Positions 50,171 to 64,000 of a DNA stretch of 64,000 bases are shown here, one piece after another. The notes below the pieces were generated by a model. That model was not told the DNA's origin, did no database searches, and saw only the letters and a program-made list of their open reading frames with translations. Within the stretch, counting starts at the first letter, position 1. The number at the start of each line of letters is the position of its first letter. Source of the stretch: the human T2T-CHM13v2.0 reference genome, Homo sapiens. Both the position numbers and the translations under genes were made by a program. The DNA is taken from assembly GCF_009914755.1 (NCBI RefSeq), contig NC_060947.1; one strand, 5' to 3'.

Positions 50171-51378
50171 TTTTGGTAAAATCCAGAAACCTAAACAAAT
50201 TTTGCCATGAAAATAGATGATGGGGAACTTAAACATACATAAAATATAATAATTTGCCAGAAAGAGAATATTCATAAGAGTGAGAAGGGCCCAGCATTCA
50301 GTAAATGAGGCTTTCATTTTGATTCATGGTCAACATTAGCATTATGATGCCACAAGAGAATTACTCTACAAGTTAGAATATTATTGCAGTCTATTTTTCT
50401 CCTGCTTCATCTACATGAATAAATAAACAAACAGTGGCATTTTGAAAAGCATAGAGAAAAGAAATTAGTCAATACATCAAAATACTTGGATCTAATAATC
50501 ACCTACTGTTTTAGTCTTTATGATTTACAAAAGCTGACAAATATATACATTTAAACAAGTGACCTTTAACCTTGAATTAGAGATATTTCTTCAGCAGTAT
50601 ATGACAAAGTTTCATACCTGTATGAAGAATTTTCTTTTGGATTGCTATCTTCTTTCTCAGGCAGCTTTCAAAAAATGGGTAAATCTTGTAGTTGTGCAAT
50701 TTCCACTCATTTGCTGAGAATAGTTTTTCCATCACTTCCTTGCAATGAAATTTTAAAAATTTAAATCTATACCAAAAATCTCATTTAAAATTGAAATTAT
50801 GCAATATTTATCTTAACTTGTGCAGATTTAAGATTAACTTCCTATTTATTAGTATTAAATCACTCTAAGTTTCTCTGTTTAAAAATGATAATGTTTCATA
50901 TACTTCAATATATAAATTCCAAGGAAAAACTATTGAAAATTGTTTGCAATGAAGATGGATGCAGAAAATGAAATGTCTTTGAAATATCACTAAATGTCTT
51001 GGGGAAAGGATGATTATATATAGATATTCTTAAATATAATATATACTTTTAAATTACTAGTTCCTCCTCCATGCTTTCTCTGAGAGTGTTTGTCAAGTAA
51101 GCAAGCATGATTTTTTTTCTTCCTTCTTCTCAATCCAAGCTCTTAGGAAGAGATAAATAACGGAGTAGGGGTAGGGAAATAGTGATGCCACCTCAGACTT
51201 AATCAATGGCTCCTGATTCATGTCATTTATTTTACACACTAGGTGAAAACACATTGGTGATGGAGCCCCTACACATTCTATATCAAACTAATCCTTTATT
51301 TGAGACAAAGTATCCACAGTGATGACATTAGCATTGCTAGTATTCCACTGTACAGCCCACAGATAATGGGATACCAAT

Positions 51379-51771
51379 TGTCTTAGTGCATTTTGTGTTG
51401 CTATGACAGAATACCATAGACTGGGTAATTTTGAAGATTCGAGATTTATTTCTTACAGTTCTGGAGGCTTGGGAGTCCAAGGCTGAGGAGTCTGCATCTG
51501 GCGAGGGTCTTCTTGCTGCATCATCCCACGGTAGAAAGCAGAAGGGCAAGAGGGCATAAGGAAGAAGGGGAAGGGGACTGAATTCATCCTTTTATCAGGA
51601 AGCCATTCCAGTGAGAACTAACCCACTCCTATGACAATGACATTAATCCATTCATGAGGGCACAGCCCTCATGACCTAATCATCTCTTAGAGGCATCACC
51701 TCTCAACATTATTGAATTGGGGATTAAATTTTCAACACATGAGCTTTGGGGGACACATTAAAACCACAGCA
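51379..51771 (-). mobile_element. MSTD-like MaLR solo LTR
   Basis: tgtcttagtgcattttgtgttgctatgacagaatacc...attaatccattcatgagggcacagccctcatgacctaatca...ggacacattaaaaccacagca. Confidence 0.88.
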
Positions 51772-53809
51772 CTGATTAAGTTTGTCTTTTGATTGAGGTT
51801 GGCAGTCTTAGATACACTGCATCTTGAAGAAGAACTGAATAAAGGTTAACTATAAAGAAGTTATTTGGGCATGCACACATTTGCTTACTTTGAGTTCAAA
51901 TTTTGTTTTATATAATCTGAGTGCCTGACTTAGATCCTTTGCTATCATTTGCTTCCAGGGTCACAGCTTCTCCATTTCCAAGGGACAGACGGTGTCATTA
52001 GATATTGGGGTATGAGAAGGTGGCTTTGCTGAATTATTAGTTATAGATGTCAAGGAATATGAACAAGAGGATAAGATTTTCTTTGGAATCCTGAGATTTG
52101 CTTTCCAAAGGAAGTATATACAGTGTGTTCCCAAAATATAAAAATTTAAGACATCATCCCTGTTTGAAAGGAAATGTTACATATGCCCAGGGTCATGCCT
52201 TGTGAATAGGAAGCCCTGGCACTGAAAATTTCACTTTTTTCAGAGGCCTTTTTAAATAGATGAATGCCAGGCTACCTGTTCTCTCCAAAATCTAAGGTCA
52301 CAGTTTGTTAATAAGGTTGCCATACTATTCAGTATTTATTTTATCTGAAATATTACCATTTCATTTCCTAGAATCCGTGCCCACTCTGTAACCAGTGGCA
52401 TGCTTAACCTGATCTTTATCAAACTAATCCTATATTATCAGATGTATTTCTCTAGCTCTCCCAACATAAAAGGAATTATCCACAGTCTGGAATATGTGTT
52501 CCTTTTATTTCCCCCAAGTTTCTGACTCACGTTTGTTTATCATGCACATATGCCTCATTTAAGTGCATCCTTTAATCAAATATTCTGAGCAAATATTCCC
52601 ACTTAAAACCCAGCAGGCGGCTTCCTGTTCCATAGATCTCCTGAATGCCAACAAAGTTTATAACATGCAGGGCTTTCCGCAGAGTGTATGAATTTGTGAC
52701 TTGGGGCAAATATCCTAAACCCTATTAAAAAAAAGATTTCCTTGGCAAAAGAATACACTTATCTCAAGGAGAAAACTCCACGATTCTACTTGTCAACCAG
52801 CTCTGCAAATAGGATAATTACACACGTGGGATTTTTTTTTTTTTCTGCCTACAGTTGAAACTGGGTTTGCAAATGGCTCCTGGGTAAAAAGTATTCTATA
52901 GCACCTCCATCTCCCAGAATGAGTTCATTTAAGAGGTGCCAATGTATAGTTAACAGCACTGTAGTTTGGCTGAAGGAATCTTTGTGATGCTCAGTAAGAG
53001 TGGATTGACATGTGAAGCTTTCATGATTGAGTTATTCCTTCATCATGGGGCCTCTCTCATTCCCCCACATATTGAAAAGAATATAATTATTACATAAAAA
53101 TTTGGAGCCATGTGCTAACAATATGTGCCATAATAAACCATGCATACATAAAGTCTCAAATAAGCAGGTACCCTCTCAGTGTCTAACTTTTCATATAAAT
53201 GCCAGAATAAATTATCTGCTTCAGTGATAGAGCAAAGCACTTGAGGGTATTAACAAAAAGTATCCATCAGTGACATCATGTAATATGCTATATACATCAC
53301 AGAATGACACCTTTAAAAAATATTATTGACTTTAGATGGGTGATGTGGCAGGTGCAAAGAAGGCAAAGAAATAAAGATGACATAATAAATAGATCCTAAA
53401 GGAAAGCTAAGATCAAAAATAAACTCCTGTACTTTTTTTAGAAAATCCATAGTGCAGCTGCTCTGGGGTGCCTGATTGCCTATATCTTTATCTGAATGCA
53501 CAGAAAAAGGAAGCTGAGCTGTCACCCAAGGGAGTGCAGAGCTCAAAATACTAGTATCCTTGATATTCTAGGTCTCTCATGACCCTTGAAACTCTCCTAG
53601 GCCTTCTCATCATTTTTGGATAAAGTGCTTGCACTTGTACATGTCTCACAAAGATCTCTGTGTTTAGGTTCTTTACTACATCTGTCTGAGGTTGAGTTTC
53701 CAAGAAGCAGACCCTGTGCAAAAGAGATTTATTAAGAATAAGCAATCAGGGGAGACATATAAGAGAGTGAGGAAATGAGACAAAGAAGTGGGAAAGCCAA
53801 GCATCTATA

Positions 53810-54200
53810 TTGTCAATTTCAACATCTTCATTCCACATCTCAAGCCACACCTTCCCACTCTATGTTCCAGCCTCGATGCCCCATTTGCCATTCCTCAAAC
53901 CTTTTATTTCTGGTGCTTGGCACTTGCATTTCTCTCTACCATCCCTGCCTTTCCAACAGCTTACTCTCTACTCTGACTTCAGGTTAATGTCATTTCCTCT
54001 AGAAAGCCTCTCTTAAACTACAAATCCCAACCTTTCCTACGTGCTCAGTCTAGAGTCTATCTTGTGATTAGTTGCTTCTCTATTTCTTTCCATCCTAGAC
54101 TAGTTCAAGAAGGTTAGGATTGAGCTTATCTCATTCTACATTGTATCTCCAACACGTGACAGTAGGTAGGTTGTCAATAGACATTTATCAAGTAAATTTA
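53810..54200 (+). mobile_element. L2 3' remnant, preceded by a short ERVL LTR-like fragment at 53680-53805
   Basis: tgtcatttcctctagaaagcctctc...ctagactag...cattgtatctccaacac...gtaggttgtcaatagacattt. Confidence 0.55.
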
Positions 54201-55289
54201 AAAATTGATAACACTAATCCTTAATCTCAGAATCTGTACCAATGCAAACTTGAATATTAAGAACTGAACTAAGTTATTATTATCTGCTAATTATTGTGAT
54301 TCACTTAAAATTCATGAAGTCCCTCCATATGTATCATCTCATTTGACTCCTCACTGCATTTTCTTGAATAGAAAACAGCCAGAATTTTATCATTCTTGTT
54401 ATTTAGGGGAAGAAAAAGTTATCCTGCTGCCAAATAGGACTTGGACAAACACTACCTTTCCTTATATATAACCTAGGATGGAGGGGAGTATAAGTCATTA
54501 GAAAATGACAACAGGGACACTCATTCCCCATCTGCAATACTTTATTGAATATATTTGTAACACAGCTGCTGCCCTTTCTATTACAGGTTGAATTGAATTT
54601 ATCTTTGAAGCCCCAGGTTTTTGTGCACTTTCTGTTTATCTAGGAGCTTAATAAATATTTAATGTTGAGTAAGTGGATTTATTTACATGTAGACATGTAT
54701 CACGCATTTATTATGCATAGGACACTGCGCTAAGTACAAAGTAGAGGGTGATTCAAAGGAGAATTGTTAACTTATCAGCATTCTAACCTGCAACTTTACT
54801 ATCCCACCTTCTTCTACTTTACCACTATTTCAGTACCAATATCCCATTTATAAAAAGTTTTCTTTTCCATGCCTAATACCGAACATGGATGGATAGTGAC
54901 ATCTAACTTATCCAAATAGAATCCCTGGCCTAAGGCACTCTCCTACTCAGTGTCTGCAGTGTTCAGTAAATAAAACCAAAGGCGCATAAATCATACATGT
55001 TGATAATATTGGATATACCTGAATTGCCAGGGAGTTCTGACTGCTAAAGTAATTTCAGGTTCACTTCATGGTTATGGCCCATACTTCCTTCCAACCAGTG
55101 AGTCTGTGGTTGGGCATCTTCTGAAATTCTCCTCTTGAGCTTCATCTTCCAGCTTTACAAAAAAATTGAAGAGTAGTTCTCAAGTACAGGATTCTCCCAG
55201 ATTATGAGGCAGTGAACCAAAAATCTTTACAAAAGACTAGGGGGGCTAACTAAGGTATCCACTAATAGTGATGACCTTTATTTTTCTCT

Positions 55290-56790
55290 AGAGGGCCCGT
55301 GGTACAGGAGAACTCAGTTCACTGAGGAGGAAAAAGAAGTAGCTCTAGGCTTTATAAAAGAGGAGGTACTTGAATTTGGTATTGAGAGCAAATAGGTGTT
55401 CAATGAATGAAAAGGGGAATTTCAGATAGAGAACTGTCCATGTCTGGAAAGAACATTGCTAGTTTGGGGGATAATAAAAGATGAGTATCTCTAGAGGAAG
55501 TGAAAGGGATAAATCATAGAAGATAAGCCTACAGAATAAAGTTAGTTAAGGCCAGAATGTAAAGAAGGTTATTGAAGCATAGATTTAACCACAGGTAACA
55601 GGAAGGCAATCAAGGTTTTTAAGCAGAAGAGGAGCATAATTACATAAGATTTCTAAGAAGATAACTCAAGATACCTTTCAAAGGATATACGAAAAAGGTA
55701 AGGGACCAGGGTTCCAGGACAATCATCCACAAAAGAGAGATGATGAAGGTTTGGGCTTAGGGAGTGGCAATGGGTTAGAAAACGGGCAAGATTCACAAGA
55801 TAAACTTAAGGTAAAATTGCATCAGACAAGATGTAGCGGGTACAATAGAAAGAGTAATGTTTGACTCAAGGTTCCATTTTGAGCAACTGAGCAGACAGTG
55901 ATTTTGTTTATTCATGTCAGGGACACACGAGGATATCTAATCTACAGTTGAAAATTTTAATCTGGAGCCAAGAACAGATACCAGAGCTATAAATGTAGGA
56001 ATAGTAGTCATCATATAATGACAGTATTGCTAAGATCACCCAGTGAGAATGTGTAGAATAAATATAGAAGATGAATAAGAATAGGATTTCCATGAGCATG
56101 AACATTGAAAGAATAAGAGGAAGAGAAGGACTCAACAAGGGATACAGAGAAAGAGTGGTTAGAAAATCTGGAGGAGAACCAGAAAGAGATGCAGTCATTG
56201 ATATTAAGGGAAGAGGGAGTTTTGCAGATGAGGAAAGCAACCACGACAAGTGCAGCAGGAATGTTGAGTAGAAAGAACAAGAGAGGTCATTGGATTTGAC
56301 CACTGGGACATTTTTGACCTTAGCAAGGCCAATTTCCCTAGAGTGGTGATACAAAAGCCCATACTGAGTTGGTAGAGTAAATGAGATTTGAGAAAGTGGG
56401 GAAAAGTAAGTCTGTAGATTTATCGTTTAAAAGATTGGTGCCAAAGAGAAAGAGAGGGATTGAATACTAGATTACAGAATTTGAGGGAAAGGAGGTTTTT
56501 TTTTTTTTAAAATTAAGATGAGAAGGGTACATTTGTAGAATAAAGGAAAGGGAGACTGAAAGTACGAGTGAGATAGAGGATAATTGATGGAGGAGAGTTC
56601 TGGAAGGAGCAGGAGGAATCAATCTCATAAGGAAGATGAAGAGATTACCTTTGCACTGAAGGAGGAATACCATTTCCTTACTCTGATAATAAGTTTTACA
56701 GGTGGAGGGGAAGGTAGTCAGATAAGTTCACATCCAATGATCTGTATTTTCTTGGTGAAGTAGTATTCTGTCATCTGCCACAGAAGGGCT
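55290..56790 (-). mobile_element. L2 LINE remnant
   Basis: Purine-rich antisense L2 (aaggtttttaagcagaagagg, gaggtcattggatttgacc...gaccttagcaaggccaatttc); accounts for the ORF at 55917-56354. Confidence 0.7.
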
Positions 56791-57214
56791 GCTGCCACAA
56801 GCATGGGCTGGTCCTGGGCACAGTCACCATGAAGCTAAAAAAGAGCATCAGGCCCTTGATGCTTTGATACCTGCCATCTTTGCCGCCAGGACAGACCACA
56901 AAGATTCAAAAAGCATTTAAAAATTTTAAACACATCATGAAAACAGACTTTTCTAAAAAAAATTTATACTTCTCAGTTGGCTTATTGAGTAGGAAGATAT
57001 TTTATGTATTTCAAACATATGTCCCAGAAGATCAAGCCAGAAGGTATTATGCACAATTCTCAGACAAAAGATGAACAGAAGTAAAGGGACTTAGTGTCCA
57101 AGTTATCCATCAGCTCACTTCTTAGCCAGTGCTTTATTCCTCACTGCACCCATGCGTATATTTCACACCATTTTCATTGTAGGAACTCAGAAATTGTTAA
57201 TAATAACATTGTTG

Positions 57215-57440
57215 GTTTATATTAATGAGTCCTTACTATGTGTCAAGCATTTAAGCACTTTGCATATTAACTCATTTAATCCTTCCAATAACCTTACAGA
57301 GAAGGTTATTATCATCCCTATTTCACAGATTACAAAATAGAACAGAAATTGTATTTGGTTGCTTATGGTCATACAGCTAGTAAGAGTGCAGAAATGGCTT
57401 TTGATTCCAGGCAGTCTAGCATGAGTCTGCCCTCAGTGCT
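57215..57440 (-). mobile_element. MIR SINE
   Basis: ttactatgtgtcaagc...taactcatttaatccttccaataacc...attatcatccctatttcacagat. Confidence 0.8.
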
Positions 57441-59814
57441 ATTAGTGGGATAGTAAAAACCTTAAAGATTTGTGTTGTTATACACCAAGCCTATAATCAT
57501 TTCTTAATTACAGCCATGCTAGGGGCTTGTGAATCTGGAGGCATGCCTAAGGATGTGTTTATTATTTAACTTTACATCCTCAGATTTGAGCACATTAATA
57601 ATCCTCCATAAATATTTGATGAATAATCAAATGAATGAGCAAAGATGATTTCTCTCCAATCACCCAACAGCTTTCTGCTTGGGATGTATTGGAACTAGAT
57701 TGTAGATCGTGGGGTGGAGGTATGGTAAAGAACAGTTGGTGGCTAAGGAAAACAGAAGAGATACAGGGACTACTTCCTCCATGGGCTACACATTACATGA
57801 CTTTGTCTCTGACTAACGGCATTTTGTAAACTTTTTTTTACATCTTTGAGTGCAAATTTGTGATGTACTTAAACATATTTCAAGAAAATGCTATGATATA
57901 CCAAAAACATGCCCTTTCATATGAGATTTTATCTAGTCCTATAGTTTGCTTCTAAATAGAGTTTTTCTCCGGACCCTAGGAATGTTTTCATTTAACAATC
58001 TCAAATCATTTGGGCATAGTGAGAGAAAACTGTAAGTCTGAGACATGAAGTCTATAATTTATTCTCTTATTACTTTCCAACACACATGAAGAGCCCAAGC
58101 TTGCTCAGGGAATAGGAAAGGGAAAAGTCTGGGGGCTGCTTGCTGGGATGATGTTCCTTCAGAACTAAGGAGAATGCTCTCTGAAATAATTTACTTGTTC
58201 TTTTCTTAAGCAGAGGAAGTACTTGCTGCTTATGTACAAATTCAAGTTAACTTTGTAGTAAGGTACAAATTAATTACAAAGTATTTATGAGGGACATTTA
58301 TGATGTGCCTAACGTATAGCAACTTTGAGAACTTACAGAAGCAGTGACAGGCAACTTTTGTCCTTTAGCAATGCATCATCTTCCTCAGCAAATGAAATAA
58401 CAGACATAAAACAAGTCTGAGCAACAGAAGCCAACTCCTCTCTATATAATTGTACAGCTATATATGGAATTATGTCATGGAGATTAGAAGTTCTGAATAA
58501 GGGGAATTGATAATGGCCGAAGTGTAAGGAAGAGGTGGAAAATGACGTGAAGACTTGGAGTATGGGTGGGGTATGCAAAGGCAATGTGTTCCTCATGATG
58601 TGCCCAACAACATGTTAAGTGTGTCATATGCATGCTCTCATTTGTTCTCTACAAAATTGATAAGTACTACTGTTAACGATATCCTTTTTCCAAATCCAGA
58701 AGCTAATGTTCAGAATCCTTAGAGCTGGCAAGCTGTGAGAGACAGAGAAGCTGGTCAAATCTAGGCAGTCTGGTGCTGAGGCCCACATACTCAGCAACTG
58801 TACTACACCTTATGGTGGCCTAGGCAGGCTAATCGTGTCTGCGTTTGCAAATATACAGGTCATATGACTGGAGATGAATGTTTTGAGAGGTATGCATCAA
58901 CCCAAGCCAATACCCCAAAAGACTCTTAGTAGGATTCTTCCCCTTTGACCTGGCAGACCTTCTACCTCCATTGCCTGAGGGTAGGAGAATGAGGCCATTT
59001 CTCATCAGAGGGCTTGCTTTTCTATAGTACTGCTCTATTGTGTCTGGTACAACACACAAAATTAGAGACTCTTTAAAGCCTCAACAAACCTTGTCTCTAG
59101 CATGAAAAGATCATGGGTAAAAACCCTATTCTGTTTCATTAGCAACTCTCATGTCCTCAAATTATAACCCTCTCAAGGTCCCAAGGTGATGTCACTGTCT
59201 ATTATCATGAGCACACAGGCAATGATGGTGTCTAGTGGGAGAATGACCTCCTCAATTTCAAGTGTGAACTCAACTATGATGAATGAGAGGAGGCCGTGTG
59301 GCTTCTTCAATCTTGGAGGGACAACCGTATTCGGCTTATTATCAGAGATTGTCTCACATTGAGATGGAGGTAGAAATATGTAATATCAAAATCCGGACAT
59401 AGAACAGTTTCTCCATCACCTCAAGACTGTCTAACAATACAAAATGTGGTGGCCTTCAAATCAGAGAAAGGATATGCAATAAAGAGCAATTATGCAGATT
59501 CAGCCTTCAATTGCTGATTATACTTTGGCTAGTGATATATACTCACTATGAAATAGAGCCATATCTTCCCCCTCCTCTGCACATGAAGAGATACATCAAT
59601 CCCTTGCAAAGAACCTCTGCTCTCCTTTCCCTTTCTCTTTTTCTCATGCACAATTTGTTGCCTCCTCTGCCATGTTCCCTTAAACACTATTGTTATTATC
59701 ACATGACATTGTAATTAGTCTAATCCATGTCTTTCTGCCTTGATAGATGATGGCTTTTTTTTAATGCAAAGATTCAGTACATTTTGGTATTCCCAGGAGC
59801 TTACAAGGCATCAG

Positions 59815-60247
59815 TGTCTGTGTCTTTCCCATATCCCCGGTCCCTTACCACATCAACCTGACTTCTACATGGTAGCAGCTGCATTTCTTCGTTGAGGGCA
59901 TTCTCTGATCCAAGCCATTTTGCCCACCCTTGTGGCAGACCAGAATTAAAGGTGAATTAGTGTCTCCTGAGAGTACTCTCATCCAATGACTGGTGGAAAT
60001 CAATTTAACATACACCAGCTCCTTCTCCCCTTGGGCAGAATAGCTCTGAGGAGTCCTTCTATACTGGCTTCCAGAGTTGCTCATGGGACAAGGCTTCATT
60101 TGCCATCAGAAAATAATGGACTTATTAACACACCTTTTATTGTTTGCCTAACCTGTCTTACTTCCCGACGTCTCATCCAGCATATTACTTACATCCCTAA
60201 CAAATGACTTTCACCTAAATCCTTGACTCGAGGAGAACACAAACTAC
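59815..60247 (+). mobile_element. LTR16-family ERVL solo LTR inside an L2 tail (about 59570-60300)
   Basis: ctgacttctacatggtagcagctgc...ccagagttgctcatgggac...aatgactttcacctaaatccttgactc; L2 resumes at agcacccaatatacagaaggacttcaataaatg. Confidence 0.6.
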
Positions 60248-61514
60248 GTAAGCACCCAATATACAGAAGGACTTCAATAAATGTCCTTTTAATAAAATTG
60301 AATTACAAAGATGCATAGTGTAGCATGAGATAAAACGTGGAAGTGCTATGCTACGTAAGTGCTGGGAGCCTATCAGTCAAATTTGAGCACTTGTAAACAC
60401 AACAAGCACCATGATTTCAGGATTTCCCTTTGCAGTGGGAAGGCGGCTGTCCTAGTTGTTAGTAGAGAAGAGTACATTATCGGAAGCTCTGGCTTCTATT
60501 TTTAGACCTCTTGCTGACATAGAAAACCTGTTTCCTAACAGTACTGTAGTGACCTTCCCACCCTCAGAGAAATGGTGCAGAATGCCTAAGGAAGAAACAA
60601 GTCCCCATTTGTGGAAGCCACAGAGGAACAGAGGAGGGAAATGAGAGCTTAGGTACTATTCGTTGGCAGACATGGTGCTTTAAGATCTCTTTTGACAGCT
60701 AAATAGAAAGTGCTGGGTTGCCTGGCAGTGCAGTGGCCTTGAACAGGATTTAGGTCTCCAAGCTGCTAAAGCTTGGCTCTGAGCCCAAGATGTCCAAAGA
60801 GCAATAATCTCTTTCTTTTTTAAAAACCTCACATGAAAAAATAATTTTCCAAAATAAGGTAAAATCATGACTCTTACACAGTTATATAATTAATACATGT
60901 TAAAGATTTTATTTAACTCATTAGTCAATGAGGGAACCAGGCAGATGGTATAATCAGTTCAAAAAAAACCTCAAAGAACAGACACATCTATAGATAAAAA
61001 TATTGAAATAAATGTGCAAATGGAGGCAAAATTAGCCTCTTCCACAGTGGGGGAAGGAAGTCACTTGAACCTCTACAGGACAGAATTTCCATACCTATAA
61101 GCAAGGGATATTTTGTATTACTATTAGTTATATAATTTGCAGAGTTTTAAAATAGCTCCCATAGAATCAGAGTCTGATAACACTGAAAGGTATGCTGTAT
61201 GGACAATGTATAGTTTTTTACTGAAGCATAATTTTTCCCTACACTCACGATCGTTTGATTTAATAATGCAATATTTCTCCAATAAGGGGGAATTAGACTT
61301 TTTACTAGAGCTTACTTATACTTTTAAAATCCAGCTCATTTTCTTAACACTGTGTATAGGGATGAGAGTAATCAAATGCAGGGCAGAGATACTATGCTTG
61401 AGAAAAGTACATCTGATTGTTAAGAAAAAGATCTCAAGGTTTAGGAGGAAGATCCTTCCTTGATAGGGGAAGGAAAGAGATGGTAACAGAAAAGAAGTAG
61501 CTGATATTTCACAT

Positions 61515-61715
61515 TTACATTATCTCATTCAGTTCTCCCAATGAACTTGAGAGTTAGGTGAAGATATTTCTCCTTTTATAAGATGAGGAAATGGGAGCCC
61601 AGAGTAATTAAGTAGCCTACATAGGGTCATACAAATAGTATATAGTAGAGCCAGGATTTAAACCCAGTCTTTTTAGCCCTGAAGTTTATGATTTTCTTCC
61701 ATTATGCCATACTGT
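61515..61715 (-). mobile_element. MIR SINE
   Basis: cattatctcattcagttctc...agatgaggaaatgggagcccagag...agagccaggatttaaacccag. Confidence 0.8.
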
Positions 61716-62089
61716 ACTGGTAAAGGATGATGTTAGGATGGAGGGCAACGGTTAAGACTTTCCTGATCCCCACCTCAAACAGGGCAGTTCAGCAGTGGTA
61801 TCGAAGAAGCATGTAGCAGTGTTTCTCATTGGTGATTGTCATATTTTTGTCATAATTTTCTCATTCTGTTGAGTGCTCTGGAGAGATAAACAGAATTGGC
61901 TTCTGATCTCATAGGTTTAGCTTAAACATTTGATTTAAATGAATTACTTTTTGAATGAATTACTTTTTGAAGCTGAAGAAATGAAGGCCGATTAACTGGG
62001 TTAAAATGCCTTAAAAGTTGTTCTGAATCAGATTTCCTGGGATGCCACTAAAAGTTCCTTACATAAAAATGGCTTATATTCTTATTAAT

Positions 62090-62350
62090 AGCATTTATTG
62101 AACATTTACTGAATGCCTACTATGTGCTCAGTACTATATTAAGTGCCAAGGGAACACTACAGTGAATCGGGTAAAATCCATGCCCTGTCCAGAGCAAACT
62201 AGAAAAGATTAGACACATATAAAAGTCGACCATAATACAATAAGATAAGGGTTATAGGGTTATAGGAATGCTAGGAAAGATGATATTCATATAGGGAGAA
62301 TCATGCAAAATTTCATCAATTAGGTATCATTTGGCTTTGGAGGATAAGTT
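62090..62350 (-). mobile_element. L2 3' end
   Basis: aacatttactgaatgcctactatgtgctcagtact...ccatgccctg. Confidence 0.7.
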
Positions 62351-63273
62351 TTTAACTTGGAAACAAATGTGTATATGTGTGTGTATCCTATCAGCCAATT
62401 CCATTATCATAACTCCAAACATAGTATAGTTTCTTCTTAAAAATTATTAATGCAAAAAATTCTATTTCCAATTTGTCAGGGCCTAACAAGTTGGTGAACT
62501 TGTTATTCATAGTAGAGGATTCAATTAACATGAGAGAAAGTCATCTTTAATTCTATTTTTGTTACTTCCTAAAAGGAAAGGATATGTCATTTAGGTTCAT
62601 GAAAAATTCTCAGGTCTTTATATTTCAAAACTAATTCCAAATGGCATTCAAAATCATTTTCTTCTAAGGCTAAATGGCTCTTTATTTATTATTCACCCCA
62701 ATCCCAAATAGCAAGAATCCCATGTTTTCCAGCAATTCTTTGATGACATTTTATTATAGCATAAATAGAAATATATGTAAATTATTCTTACAAATTGTTC
62801 TCAACCTGAAGGTTCCATTTAGCCTCTGAGATCTTTAAAATAGGAAATGAAGCTTGTTACCACAAGCAAAGTGTTCTGAATCTCCCAAAACATAAACTGT
62901 TCACTTTAAGGTCACTATGATCCCGCAATGAACAAAAAAGCAGCAGTTCACTTGTATTAGAAAAGGCTTAGTAAAAATGCCCTCTCTGTGATGCTTGGTT
63001 GGGCAGACACGTTTTGTTTCATCTGACATTTCTTGCAGAGTGACTCAAGAGCTATTCAGCAAATTGTTTCTGACTTGTCCTTAATGCCTGATTTTCTTTT
63101 ATTTAGCACCACAATTTACCATCTACTTGTAGGTCATAAGTAGTAGAAGACCAAGTATATACTAGACACATAATGGGTACTCAATAAATATTTGTTGATT
63201 TAATAAGCGACTGAGGATTTGTAACATGAAAATACACAGAATTCAGCAAATGTCTGCAAATTCAATTTTCTGA

Positions 63274-63646
<373 letters not shown>

Positions 63647-63873
63647 CACCTAAAGTATTTCTAAATATTTTTTAAAATCCACACTCTTTGCTGAAACATG
63701 TGAGACTTTTTCATAAGAAAGCCATATGACCAAGAAATATTTTAATATGATACTAGCATTTGTTTGGTGAAGCAGAAGAGTAAACTGAAGCTCATTTCAT
63801 TATTACATAAAATGTGATCTTTGTTAAATAAACTTCCTACTCATCCTGCAATTTTACCTTCTTTTTATAATTT

Positions 63874-64000
63874 AGTGGTTATCAACTGGGGAGATTTTGT
63901 CTCACAGAGGACATTTGGCAATGTTTAGACACATTTCTGATTGTCACAACAGGGGGTGTGGGAGAAGTGGTGCTACTGGCATCTAGTGGGTAGAGGAGGG
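63874..64000 (+). mobile_element. MER20 hAT-Charlie MITE (cut by the window edge)
   Basis: agtggttatcaactggggagattttg...gacatttggcaatgt...tgctactggcatctagtgggtagagg. Confidence 0.85.

Noticed and set aside
43994-61971. Short tandem duplications (15 bp at about 43994, 16 bp at about 61939; also at 1222 and 27803) as CRISPR-like or functional arrays
   Set aside because: Only two adjacent copies each with no spacers; ordinary slippage duplications in a eukaryotic genome.
63974-63989. CTCF-like word in MER20 (minus strand CCACTAGATGCCAGTA)
   Set aside because: Mismatch at a core G and apparently just MER20 consensus sequence; the element is also cut by the window edge.

Overview
AT-rich mammalian (human-like, primate Alu/L1PA-containing) genomic DNA carrying the 5' end of the glycine receptor alpha-2 gene GLRA2 on the + strand. 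A TATA-less, GC-box promoter lies at about 35.0-35.9 kb. Coding exon 1 is at 36290-36357 and coding exon 2 at 38471-38604. Spliced, they give [67 protein letters not shown]. Intron 2 runs off the right edge. The remaining ~35 kb upstream and ~25 kb intronic sequence is mostly decayed transposable elements: L1, L2, MIR, four Alus, MaLR/ERVL/ERV1 solo LTRs, a near-full-length Tigger1 and several MITEs. None of the supplied ORFs is a credible host gene. I see no new multi-gene system. The best leads are regulatory: a 1-nt-compressed RE1/REST site beside a 5'-UTR splice donor, alternative 5'-UTR acceptors that could include or skip two uORFs, and a candidate poison exon with NOVA and RBFOX motifs. 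There are also several templated or inverted junction structures inside old transposons. Repeat subfamily names and boundaries were assigned by eye against remembered consensus sequences and are approximate.
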